From positions 768,001 to 832,000 of the forward strand of contig CAVYXA010000001.1 in NCBI GenBank assembly GCA_963772365.1: DNA of 64,000 nt, written 5' to 3'. The position numbers and the translations under genes were made by a program. Of the stretch, positions 9,028 to 17,555 are shown in pieces. The notes under the pieces were generated by a model that ran no database searches, was not told the DNA's origin, and saw only the letters and a list, made by a program, of their open reading frames with translations. Source of the stretch: an uncultured Verrucomicrobiae bacterium (lineage in GTDB: Bacteria > Verrucomicrobiota > Verrucomicrobiia > Chthoniobacterales > UBA10450). The number at the start of each line of letters is the position of its first letter. Within the stretch, counting starts at the first letter, position 1.

Positions 9028-12000
9028 TTAATATTCGTGCTCCCAGTCATGACCGTCCGTGCAACAGTTCGTCACGTGCGTTGATTCGCGCTGAAGCGAC
9101 GCGCCGATCTTCGGATCGAAGTTCATCAAGAAGAGGTCGGGACTGGAATAATCAATGGCCTTCGACACAGTGCAATACAGTCCGGACTCGCCATCGAACC
9201 GCATCCCATTGAACAAATATGGATTTCCGATGGCGCTGGCAGGCAGCGGATTGCCTGAGCCGTCGAAGAAGTGCGGATCGCCGAAATCTTCGTATTCGTA
9301 CCGTTCAGCCGCGCCCCCAGCAGGGTTGGTCAACGGCCAGATCGCAACATCGGACCCCGCTCCGACATAGGTGAAATTATTCCCTGCGCGACGCATCTCG
9401 ACTGGGGCTAGCGAATATCGAGGATCCAACAATTCAGGCCAGGGGCCGCGTCCATCGTCCATCGTGCGCAAGTTAAAAGCCCAGTCGCTCTCGCGATATT
9501 GAACACAGTAGTCGCGCTGGCAAGAGCATTGGTCATCGCACATTTCGCCACCACGTTCTGTACAGACACCAATCGGGGGGAGCGGCTGGATCGGGAGATG
9601 TGGCAAATCGACCATCGTGCACAATACCCACCAGGGTAGAGACCCGCCACCGCCGTTCCAATCTCCTCCGCGAACCGGTACCGTGCTGTAGCCTGCTGTT
9701 ACCCCGCCGCTGCCGTCGCGCTCCTCCAGAACAGTGCGTCCAGTATAAAAGAAATTCGTGGTGTTCGGTTTCCCGTCGGGATCGAGTGTCTTCGCGATGC
9801 GACGACCATGCGCGTCGTATTGATAATTGGCAATCCGCAGACCGGTATTCACGTCGGTAAAATCGACAAGACGGTTTGCGTAATCGTAGGTGTAGTTCTT
9901 GTTCGCGCCGCCGCCGTTGAGACTAGTGCGGTTGCCATTGGCGTCGTACAAATAGTTGCCGCGGGGCGTGCTGGTATACTGGCTCATCTGCGCATCCGCG
10001 GGCTCGGGCGTCGTGTTATCCAGGAAATAGGGCCCGGGATCGGGTGTTTGAAAACCATTCACGGCAAGCCGATTGCCGTTGCGGTCGTAATTGTAAATCG
10101 TGTCGCGCACAAGTGTCGGGCCGGGCGCGTTCACTTGCGTATGCACATTTCGATTTGCCGGGTCGTAATCATAATGATGCAAAAGTTGCGGCCCGCCCGA
10201 GCGGGTGTCTGCGCGCTCGCTCAGGTTTTGGTTGGCATCGTAAGTAAAAGTGCGTTGATCGAGAACGATGTTGCCGAGTTGAAGCGTAACCGTGCCGGCC
10301 ACCTGTCCCCAGCCAAGGTCGGAGCTTGGCGGCGCGTCGACAAATCCATTGTAGCTGAACAATGTCGATGTTGCATTGCGGTGCGAAACACTCTCAGTCC
10401 GGCGTCCAATGTAATTATACGTCGCCATGGTTCCCAATGTATCGCCATCGCTTGTCGCCGTTAGGCTGACGCTCGTACAAAGATTTGCCACGTCGTGCGC
10501 GTAAGTGAGTGTGCGTCCACTCGGCGATTGCAACGTCAACAAATTGCCGACCGCGTCGTGTGTGTAGCTCGTAACCAGGTTCCCTAAACTTTCGCTGGTG
10601 CGGTGCGCCAGTGAATCGAAGGTGTAGCGCACGACTGCTGCATTGTTGATCGCGCGCTCAGGCCAGCGGTATTCGCCAGGGTAATCGTAAATCTCAAACG
10701 TTGTGGCGTTGGATACTCCCGGGCCGGGAATGATCTGGCGCTGACGAAGCCGATTCAGATTGTCGTAGTTATTGATACAGACAGTTGCGTTCTCATCGTG
10801 GGATTGAACTGCGTTGCCCCAGGCATCATAGCTCCAGGTTTTCGCCGTGGTGTCGGCATTCGTCCGCTGAAGACAGCGGCCCAGCGCATCGTACTGATAC
10901 TGGGTCGAATACGAATTGGGATTGGTCGCGCCGGTCAAACGCGAATTGTCATCCCAAATCCGCCCACTAATGACGTCGATCCCGGCGTCGAATCCTGAAC
11001 CGTTTCCGTTCATGTCGCGTCCGCTTCGGAGCAATCGATTCAGACCGTCATACTCGGATTGAACGAGCTTATTTCGCGGATCGATATATCGCACTCGATT
11101 GCTGCGCGAGTTGTACAAATAGCTTTGGGCATTCCCCACGTTGTCAGTCGAGGTAATTAGCCGATCCAAACCATCATAGACATTCGTCAGAACAAATACT
11201 TGATCCGACGACGCCGAATCTGATTTATCGGTCCGCGTCCGCGTCACCAGATTTCCATTTGAATCGTAGGTGTAATCGACGGAATTGGCTTTTGGATCGG
11301 TGATGCGTGAAAGGCGATTCGCGCCGTCATACGAAAACGATGTCGCGTGTCCGTTGTCATCTGTCACGCTTGTTACATTCAGCGCCGGATCACGTCCGAT
11401 TGAGATCGTGCGCGCGCCATCGTCGATCGTGGCCGTCGTGATCGGATCAAACCAACTCTCGGTCCTCTGGGTCAGAATACCGTTGGTATCGTAAACAAAC
11501 GTCCCGCCGCGTAGTGGGCCGAAGTTTGGATTGCCCTTCGCATCGAGAAAAGTCCCCTGCATCGTGAAATTCGTGACTTGATGGTTTTCATTGTAACCGT
11601 ACTGCGTGTTGGTTCCGACCGGATCGGTTAACATTGTTAGGCGATCAAAGCCGTCATAATCGTAAAGCGTCGTGTGCTGCAGCCCGGCGGGCGCACCAGT
11701 TTCGAGCCTGGCCAGATTACCATTGAGATCGTAGGTGAATTTCGAGCCGGTGGCGATTGGACTACTGGGCGCCCTGATCGCCGTAAACGGAAGATTCCGT
11801 TCATCGAATGCGTACCGCACGCGGGCATCCGGTTGCAAGCCGCCGGCCGCCAGCGGCGAGCGCATTTCGATCAACTCGCGAATCGGATCATAAAAGTATT
11901 GCGCCGTGATCGTGTGCGCATTGTCCAAGTCGCGTGTGATCGAAGTCACATGATCGAGTGAATCAAAACTGAAGCTGGTGACGAAAAACGCCGGCGTCCC

Positions 12001-14469
12001 AATGCCGCCGAATTCGTCCTTGTTTTGCACATCGACACGCGTGATCCGGTTGTTGGCGTCGCGGTAAATATTCGTGAGAAAACGTCCCGGCGTCCCCGCA
12101 TCGCGCGAAGTAACCTGCACGACTTGATTCAATTGATTAACGAAAAATTGCGTATCGTTCCCGCGAGGATCGACAATCTGTGTGACGCATCCGACTGAAT
12201 TGTGCGTGAACGCGGTCGTCAGATTTAATCCGCCGGCATCGCGAATGAACGATTGCAGATATCCATTTTGCGCGCCGCTGGTGTAATAATGCCACTCATC
12301 GCGTTCGCGATGACCGGTATTGTTCTGCGGCCAGACGATCGCAGTGAGCTGACCGTTCGCGTTGTGTTCGATGTCGGTCGTCACTCCATCCGGCCTGGTT
12401 ACGCTCATTGCGTTTCCGTTCGCATCGCGCGCGCATGTCCAAGTGAACCCGCGCGCGTCGGTACGCGCGACGCACCAACCAACTAATGGGTCACCGGTCT
12501 CAAAGATTCCGCCACCGACTTCCCCAAGGCTGGCCAACTCAGGGATATGGTCGTAGGGAGCCTCGTCTTCCTCCATCCGGATCTTGTGGGCTGCGCCCGA
12601 GCCGTCGCCAAATCCGACATGATAATAGATCCCCGTGTAGTCTATTCCGTCGCCGTTCAAATCACCGTATATAGGTCCGGCCTTACATTTGATGCCATCA
12701 CCTAATTTTAAGTAGTCTTCGACTCTGCATTGCAGGCGGCTGGAGAAGTCGAAGTCCGATTCGCGATATTGGACGCAGTAGTGGCTTGATGAGACGTCCT
12801 CGTCGATGTAGTCCACCATGTTGCACGCGTTTACGGCCTGAATGTAAGGTCCAGGGTCGCCGTTACCGTTGAAGAACGTTTTCTCGAAGCCGAAGTTGAA
12901 CTGCGGCGCGAGCGGTGTCCTCTCGCCGGTTCCGAAGCCGGATGCGTATTCGAAGTGTTGCACAAGCGGCGCGCCGCTGACTGGTAATTGCCGATGCGTC
13001 CGTAAATTTCCGCGTTCGCGCGGATTCGTATTTGGATCGAGATCACGCTGATAAACCATTTCGACACCATTCCCGCGCGGAAATGTCACTCTACTCGGCA
13101 GCGAGTCGCGGTTCCATTCGATTGTTGTTTCGAAAAACGCCGGATCGGTCGGGCGCACGGGATTCATCGGGCGGTTTGAGCTCTCGGTCACCGGAACTCC
13201 TGGTGTCGATCTTCCGGTGAAGCGCCGCAAATCAATCAGCCGATTTTTCGAATCAAACAGTGATTCATGGACGTTGCCGATCGCATCATTCACGATCGTC
13301 TTTGTCGCCGCGTTGAACCGGCTCGTCGGACTCGTCCTGGCCAGATACGTGAAGATCTTCGTCTCGTTCGCGGTGCCGACGATTTCACTGGCCACTCGGT
13401 CGTAAAGAAAACTAGTCGCTGCCGCCGTCGTTGTATAAACGGCTTGAAACCATGGCACGTTGTTTCCGTCTTTCGCGGTCAGCAGATTGTGATCTCGCCC
13501 ACCTCCAAGTCCGGTGCTGTAGGTAAACTGCGCCGTTTTTCCCGAGGGAAAATCGTTACCGATCGGCGTGCCGGTAACCGCTTGTGACCGGACAAGAACG
13601 AGATCGCCCACGTCTCCGATGCCAGGAGTCGGGCTGGTGAGATGTTGATATTGAATCGTACGGCCCGCGAAATCCTGAACAGCCTGAATCCGATTCGCGC
13701 CATCGTAGCTGATTTGAAACGGCCGATTCAGGCTGTCGATGATCAGGAACAACCGGCCCGCGCCGTCGTATTGAAACTGAATCTGGTTGGAATTGCGATC
13801 GATGATCTTGTCGATCTTGCCCGATGTCGGCGAACCGTTGAGCGACTTGAAGATCCATCTCGTCTTATCGGCAAATTCCAACGTGAAAACCTTTTCGGAA
13901 AGCGTGCCGCGCCGGAAGAGTTCGTCGGTAGAATATGATCCGTCCGATTGAAGAAAGTAAGTATCGATCCGGTTCTGCCCGTCTTGGACAGTGACGTTCG
14001 GCCCACTCAGCGCCGCGCGAATGTTGTAGGAAAAATCCCAGTTCACGCCCATCGCCGTGTCCAATCCGATTTTCGAACGATAGGTTCGGCCCCAAACCAG
14101 ATCGAGACCGCGTCCCGAAATAACAAGATCAAGGTACTCAACGAACAATTCGCCAGTGGCTTCGTTGACTCTGGGAACGCCGAAGAGCGGCTGAAGCTTG
14201 TTTACGGCGTCGAGCATTGTGAAAAATGGTTTATCCGAGTAGCGAGGGACAATGTCGTTGAAGTCGAAATCGCCCTGCACGGGCCACTGATCCTCAAAAA
14301 GAAAGCTGCCCAGATGGACCCTTTGCGAATTCACAGCCGGCGCAGTCGGTGGAGATTCCTGATCATTGCCGCCGACCGCACTTTGAAGGAGCGCAACGAT
14401 TGCGGCGAATGTAACAATCCATCGTCGCCACGCGTTGGAGCGAGCAAATCCGCGAAGACAAGTTTTCAT
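9028..14469 (-). CDS. Rhs/YD-repeat protein (DUF6531-like N-domain) with Sec signal, motif-mosaic inserts and no C-terminal toxin
   Basis: MKTCLR..hydrophobic signal; VNEATGEL..GRGLDLVWGRTYRS..GVNW; many YD repeats; core end NPYLFNGMRFDGESGLY. Confidence 0.9.
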   Translation of the reverse strand: MKTCLRGFARSNAWRRWIVTFAAIVALLQSAVGGNDQESPPTAPAVNSQRVHLGSFLFEDQWPVQGDFDFNDIVPRYSDKPFFTMLDAVNKLQPLFGVPRVNEATGELFVEYLDLVISGRGLDLVWGRTYRSKIGLDTAMGVNWDFSYNIRAALSGPNVTVQDGQNRIDTYFLQSDGSYSTDELFRRGTLSEKVFTLEFADKTRWIFKSLNGSPTSGKIDKIIDRNSNQIQFQYDGAGRLFLIIDSLNRPFQISYDGANRIQAVQDFAGRTIQYQHLTSPTPGIGDVGDLVLVRSQAVTGTPIGNDFPSGKTAQFTYSTGLGGGRDHNLLTAKDGNNVPWFQAVYTTTAAATSFLYDRVASEIVGTANETKIFTYLARTSPTSRFNAATKTIVNDAIGNVHESLFDSKNRLIDLRRFTGRSTPGVPVTESSNRPMNPVRPTDPAFFETTIEWNRDSLPSRVTFPRGNGVEMVYQRDLDPNTNPRERGNLRTHRQLPVSGAPLVQHFEYASGFGTGERTPLAPQFNFGFEKTFFNGNGDPGPYIQAVNACNMVDYIDEDVSSSHYCVQYRESDFDFSSRLQCRVEDYLKLGDGIKCKAGPIYGDLNGDGIDYTGIYYHVGFGDGSGAAHKIRMEEDEAPYDHIPELASLGEVGGGIFETGDPLVGWCVARTDARGFTWTCARDANGNAMSVTRPDGVTTDIEHNANGQLTAIVWPQNNTGHRERDEWHYYTSGAQNGYLQSFIRDAGGLNLTTAFTHNSVGCVTQIVDPRGNDTQFFVNQLNQVVQVTSRDAGTPGRFLTNIYRDANNRITRVDVQNKDEFGGIGTPAFFVTSFSFDSLDHVTSITRDLDNAHTITAQYFYDPIRELIEMRSPLAAGGLQPDARVRYAFDERNLPFTAIRAPSSPIATGSKFTYDLNGNLARLETGAPAGLQHTTLYDYDGFDRLTMLTDPVGTNTQYGYNENHQVTNFTMQGTFLDAKGNPNFGPLRGGTFVYDTNGILTQRTESWFDPITTATIDDGARTISIGRDPALNVTSVTDDNGHATSFSYDGANRLSRITDPKANSVDYTYDSNGNLVTRTRTDKSDSASSDQVFVLTNVYDGLDRLITSTDNVGNAQSYLYNSRSNRVRYIDPRNKLVQSEYDGLNRLLRSGRDMNGNGSGFDAGIDVISGRIWDDNSRLTGATNPNSYSTQYQYDALGRCLQRTNADTTAKTWSYDAWGNAVQSHDENATVCINNYDNLNRLRQRQIIPGPGVSNATTFEIYDYPGEYRWPERAINNAAVVRYTFDSLAHRTSESLGNLVTSYTHDAVGNLLTLQSPSGRTLTYAHDVANLCTSVSLTATSDGDTLGTMATYNYIGRRTESVSHRNATSTLFSYNGFVDAPPSSDLGWGQVAGTVTLQLGNIVLDQRTFTYDANQNLSERADTRSGGPQLLHHYDYDPANRNVHTQVNAPGPTLVRDTIYNYDRNGNRLAVNGFQTPDPGPYFLDNTTPEPADAQMSQYTSTPRGNYLYDANGNRTSLNGGGANKNYTYDYANRLVDFTDVNTGLRIANYQYDAHGRRIAKTLDPDGKPNTTNFFYTGRTVLEERDGSGGVTAGYSTVPVRGGDWNGGGGSLPWWVLCTMVDLPHLPIQPLPPIGVCTERGGEMCDDQCSCQRDYCVQYRESDWAFNLRTMDDGRGPWPELLDPRYSLAPVEMRRAGNNFTYVGAGSDVAIWPLTNPAGGAAERYEYEDFGDPHFFDGSGNPLPASAIGNPYLFNGMRFDGESGLYCTVSKAIDYSSPDLFLMNFDPKIGASLQRESTHVTNCCTDGHDWEHEY

Positions 14470-14658
14470 AACGATGCCTTTCCAGTTCAGCGCCGTTACC
14501 AACCCACCGCCTCGCGGCAATCTGCGAAAGGCGGCCTGAAAACCGCCCGCAGCGTCGAACGCCCGATTTAAATCAGATGCCCGGCCTAACGGCAAGCTTA
14601 ACTTTCTATTTCAATCGCATCCTTGCGAAGGCTCTTTGGACATTGGAGTTTGTTGCGA

Positions 14659-15603
14659 ATGCCTCGCTTCCAAACGAATTCTCCTCTGACTTTCGAGCCG
14701 ATTTTCATGGAACGAATTTGGGGGGGGCGCCGGCTTGAGTCGGAATTCGGCAAGAAACTGCCGCCTGGCATGAGCATCGGTGAATCGTGGGAACTTGTCG
14801 ATCGTCCGGAAGCGCAAAGCGTCGTCCGAAATGGTGAGTTGCGCGGGAAAACGCTACACGAGCTCTGGATGCAGCATCGACAATCGATCTTCGGCAATAT
14901 CCTCGATGCTCCACGATTTCCGCTGCTCGTGAAATTGCTCGATGCGCGCGAGAAGCTGTCCCTTCAAGTTCATCCCCCGGAAAAAATCGCCGCGAAATTA
15001 GGCGGCGAGCCGAAAACCGAATTCTGGTACATCGCCGCGGCTGATCCAGGCGCCCGGCTGTTTGTCGGATTACGAGGACCGATGAGCCGCTTGCAATTTG
15101 AAGCCGCCCTCCGGTCCGGAACCGTAGAGCAACACGTTCATACCATTTCAGTGAAAGGAGGCGACGCGATGTTTCTTCCGGCAGGTCGCTTCCATGCAAT
15201 CGGCGCCGGCAATCTGTTAGTCGAGATTCAGCAGAACAGCGACACCACGTATCGGGTGTTCGACTGGAATCGAGCTGATGCCAACGGGAAGCCTCGACAG
15301 TTGCATATCGAGCAAGCACTCGAGTCCATCGACTTCGAGGATGTTCGACCAGAATTGGCTCGAGCCGAAGGCGAAACTCTGGTGCGCAATTCGCTGTTCG
15401 AAGTTGTGAAATGGAAACTCGATTCTCCCCGTGAAATCGCACCCCGCGGGAAACTTGCCATCGTTTGCAGCCTCAGCGGTAACGTTCGCTGCGGTGATGT
15501 CGATCTTGAGCCCGGAGAATTTTTTCTGGTTCCGGCGGAGTCATGCGCGCGACAAGTTGAAGCAGTTCGAGGAGAAGCGAGCTTGTTGCGGATCACAATT
15601 TAA
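14659..15603 (+). CDS. manA: type I mannose-6-phosphate isomerase
   Basis: RIWGG, IGESWE, LSLQVHP, KTEFW, EIQQNSDTTYRVFDW. Confidence 0.92.
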   Translation: MPRFQTNSPLTFEPIFMERIWGGRRLESEFGKKLPPGMSIGESWELVDRPEAQSVVRNGELRGKTLHELWMQHRQSIFGNILDAPRFPLLVKLLDAREKLSLQVHPPEKIAAKLGGEPKTEFWYIAAADPGARLFVGLRGPMSRLQFEAALRSGTVEQHVHTISVKGGDAMFLPAGRFHAIGAGNLLVEIQQNSDTTYRVFDWNRADANGKPRQLHIEQALESIDFEDVRPELARAEGETLVRNSLFEVVKWKLDSPREIAPRGKLAIVCSLSGNVRCGDVDLEPGEFFLVPAESCARQVEAVRGEASLLRITI

Positions 15604-15831
15604 AGGCGATTAAACTCAGTCCCTCGCGACTAAGTTTACGCCATGATCCACGCGTTCCGCTCTTGGTTCAGGTTTTTCACCGGAATCGCGTTTGGCTTTT
15701 GCGGTTTGCATTTGTGGGGCGGATTGGACATAAAAATCGCGCCGGTTCCGCACAACGAAATACAGATCAGCACGATCGTGATCTTCGCCGCTGGCCTCAT
15801 GACATAGATCTCCCGAGCTTACCGCGTGCCT

Positions 15832-16140
15832 TCAGCCGAAAGCCTGCCCGAGCCGGCGCAAGTAAGTAAAGCTGTAAATTCCGGTATTGTGTCCATCGGC
15901 CCAGCGAGGCTGGAGCGCATAACCGCCGATCAGATCAAAACTGCTAAGCTGAAAACTTTTGTGCGTGTAATTGACCTGTGGACGAGAAATGTTGCCGAGC
16001 ACATCCGGCTCGCCGCCGCATGCGGCGCAAGGGCAGGCCCGGCGCAGCATCTCCAGATTGAAATACGATTCGGTGCCGTCGTTCCAAGCGATGGCCAATT
16101 CATCGCCCACCTGTTGAATGTTTGTTGGTTCCAAACGCAT
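15832..16140 (-). CDS. DUF971 / GBBH-like N-terminal domain protein
   Basis: LRRACPCAAC; WADGHNTGIYSF. Confidence 0.88.
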   Translation of the reverse strand: MRLEPTNIQQVGDELAIAWNDGTESYFNLEMLRRACPCAACGGEPDVLGNISRPQVNYTHKSFQLSSFDLIGGYALQPRWADGHNTGIYSFTYLRRLGQAFG

Positions 16141-16156
16141 CCGTTTTAGGAATTTT

Positions 16157-16255
16157 AGCCACGGATTAACACAGATGAAACACAGATAAGAGAAGCGGTT
16201 TATATTTTAGAGTTCGTAGTCAGGAATCCGTGAAAATCCGTGTTCATCTGTGGCT
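16157..16255. repeat. repeat family C (CCACGGATTAACACAGATGAAACACAGAT...ATCCGTGAAAATCCGTGTTCATCTGTGG)
   Basis: Inverted arms with ~10-nt internal periodicity; the right arm encodes the YggS C-terminal extension. Confidence 0.75.
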
Positions 16256-16952
16256 TTCTCTTTTCCCGGCCTTGATCGTTCCCCGAAAATTGCCGTGCCG
16301 ACGCGCACCAGCGTCGCACCTTCTTCAACTGCCACCGGGTAATCGTTCGTCATCCCCATCGAAAGCTGTGGAAGCTTCAACTCGAATTCTTTTTCCAAGG
16401 CGTCGCGCAGATCGCGCAACTGGAAAAAAACTTCCGCGACGCTTCGGCTTCTTTGGCCAGCGGCGGAATTGTCATCAAGCCTTCGATCGACAACCGATGC
16501 AGCGCGAGGAGCGATTCCATTTCTCCCCGAAGCGTTTCCGGTTTGAATCCAAATTTACTCCCCTCCCCCGAGACATTCACTTCCAACAAGGTTCGCGGGT
16601 GCATGCCGTCTTCTTCCGCGATCCGATTGATCTCTTCCGCCAACGCCAGCGAATCGATGCTGTGAAACAGTTCGAACAACGGAAGCGCGTGGCGAATCTT
16701 ATTTTTTTGGAGATGCCCGACAAAGTGCCATCGCAAACTCGATGGCAGTTCCGGAATCTTCGCTCGCGCTTCCTGGACGCGGCTTTCACCGAACAATGAT
16801 TGGCCCACATTGTATGCCTCACGAACGCGCTCGGCAGTGTGCGTTTTCGAGATCGCAACGAGCTCCACTTCCTCCACGGAACGTCCACTCTTTCGGGCGG
16901 CATCTGCGATTCTGGCGCGAACACGTTCAAGGTTCTCAGCGATGTTCGACAT
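16207..16952 (-). CDS. yggS: YggS/PLP homeostasis protein (single frameshift near 16425)
   Basis: [26 protein letters not shown] in one frame; [17 protein letters not shown] in another; break lies in an A7 run. Confidence 0.9.
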
Positions 16953-17066
16953 ATGGAATGCTAGCCCAATCATTCGCTTCGGAAACTGCAACATCGGAAT
17001 GGCGTCGACACCATCGATCGGAGTCTGAACGCTTGCGCCCGGACGAGAGGTCGTCGATCTTCCCCG

Positions 17067-17516
17067 GTGAAAACTTTCGCTCTTGGGATCATCGCTGCGT
17101 TTGGCTTCTTCGCTGTTTCGGTTGCGCAAGCGGATTCACCGTGGCTAACGGATTACAAAAGAGCGCAGGAGCAAGCCAAATCCAGTAACAAGCTGCTCTT
17201 GCTCGAGTTTACGGGCTCGGATTGGTGTCCGCCCTGCCGAATGCTCCAGAGAGACGTTCTCTCGGCTCCGGAGTTTCAGGATTATGCGAAAAAGAATTTT
17301 GTCCTGGTCGAGATTGATTTCCCGCGGGCAAAAAAGCAATCGCGTGAACTGGCCGAGCAAAACCAAATGTTGGCCCAGCGTTTTGGCATTCAGGCTTTTC
17401 CTTCGGTGATCATTTTGAACAGTGAAGGAAAGAAAATCGGCGAGCTGATCGGATACGACCCCCGTGCGGGCAAAAAGGGCTTTATGGACTCGCTCGAAAA
17501 CATTCGCAAAGGCTGA
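17067..17516 (+). CDS. exported thioredoxin-family protein
   Basis: Signal peptide; FTGSDWCPPC. Confidence 0.9.
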   Translation: MKTFALGIIAAFGFFAVSVAQADSPWLTDYKRAQEQAKSSNKLLLLEFTGSDWCPPCRMLQRDVLSAPEFQDYAKKNFVLVEIDFPRAKKQSRELAEQNQMLAQRFGIQAFPSVIILNSEGKKIGELIGYDPRAGKKGFMDSLENIRKG

Positions 17517-17555
17517 GAAACCACGCGCGAAACTTGATCTGTTTCGATAGCGAAT

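Noticed and set aside
9409..12925. Diversity-generating retroelement as the source of the Rhs patches (VRGGDW resembles C-lectin variable regions)
   Set aside because: No reverse transcriptase and no template/variable repeat pair in the window; the differences between the two YCVQYRESD copies are synonymous and not adenine-specific. A trans-acting element elsewhere cannot be excluded.
9028..14469. VgrG-Rhs or Hcp fusion, or a T6SS locus
   Set aside because: Only 9-17-aa motifs match; there is no full VgrG, Hcp or PAAR domain and no T6SS gene nearby
15643..15807. 54-aa hydrophobic ORF downstream of manA
   Set aside because: No RBS or motif support; coding status cannot be established from sequence alone
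16415..16435. Programmed frameshift or phase variation in yggS
   Set aside because: A short A7 run in an assembly with four other one-base indels; error is more parsimonious
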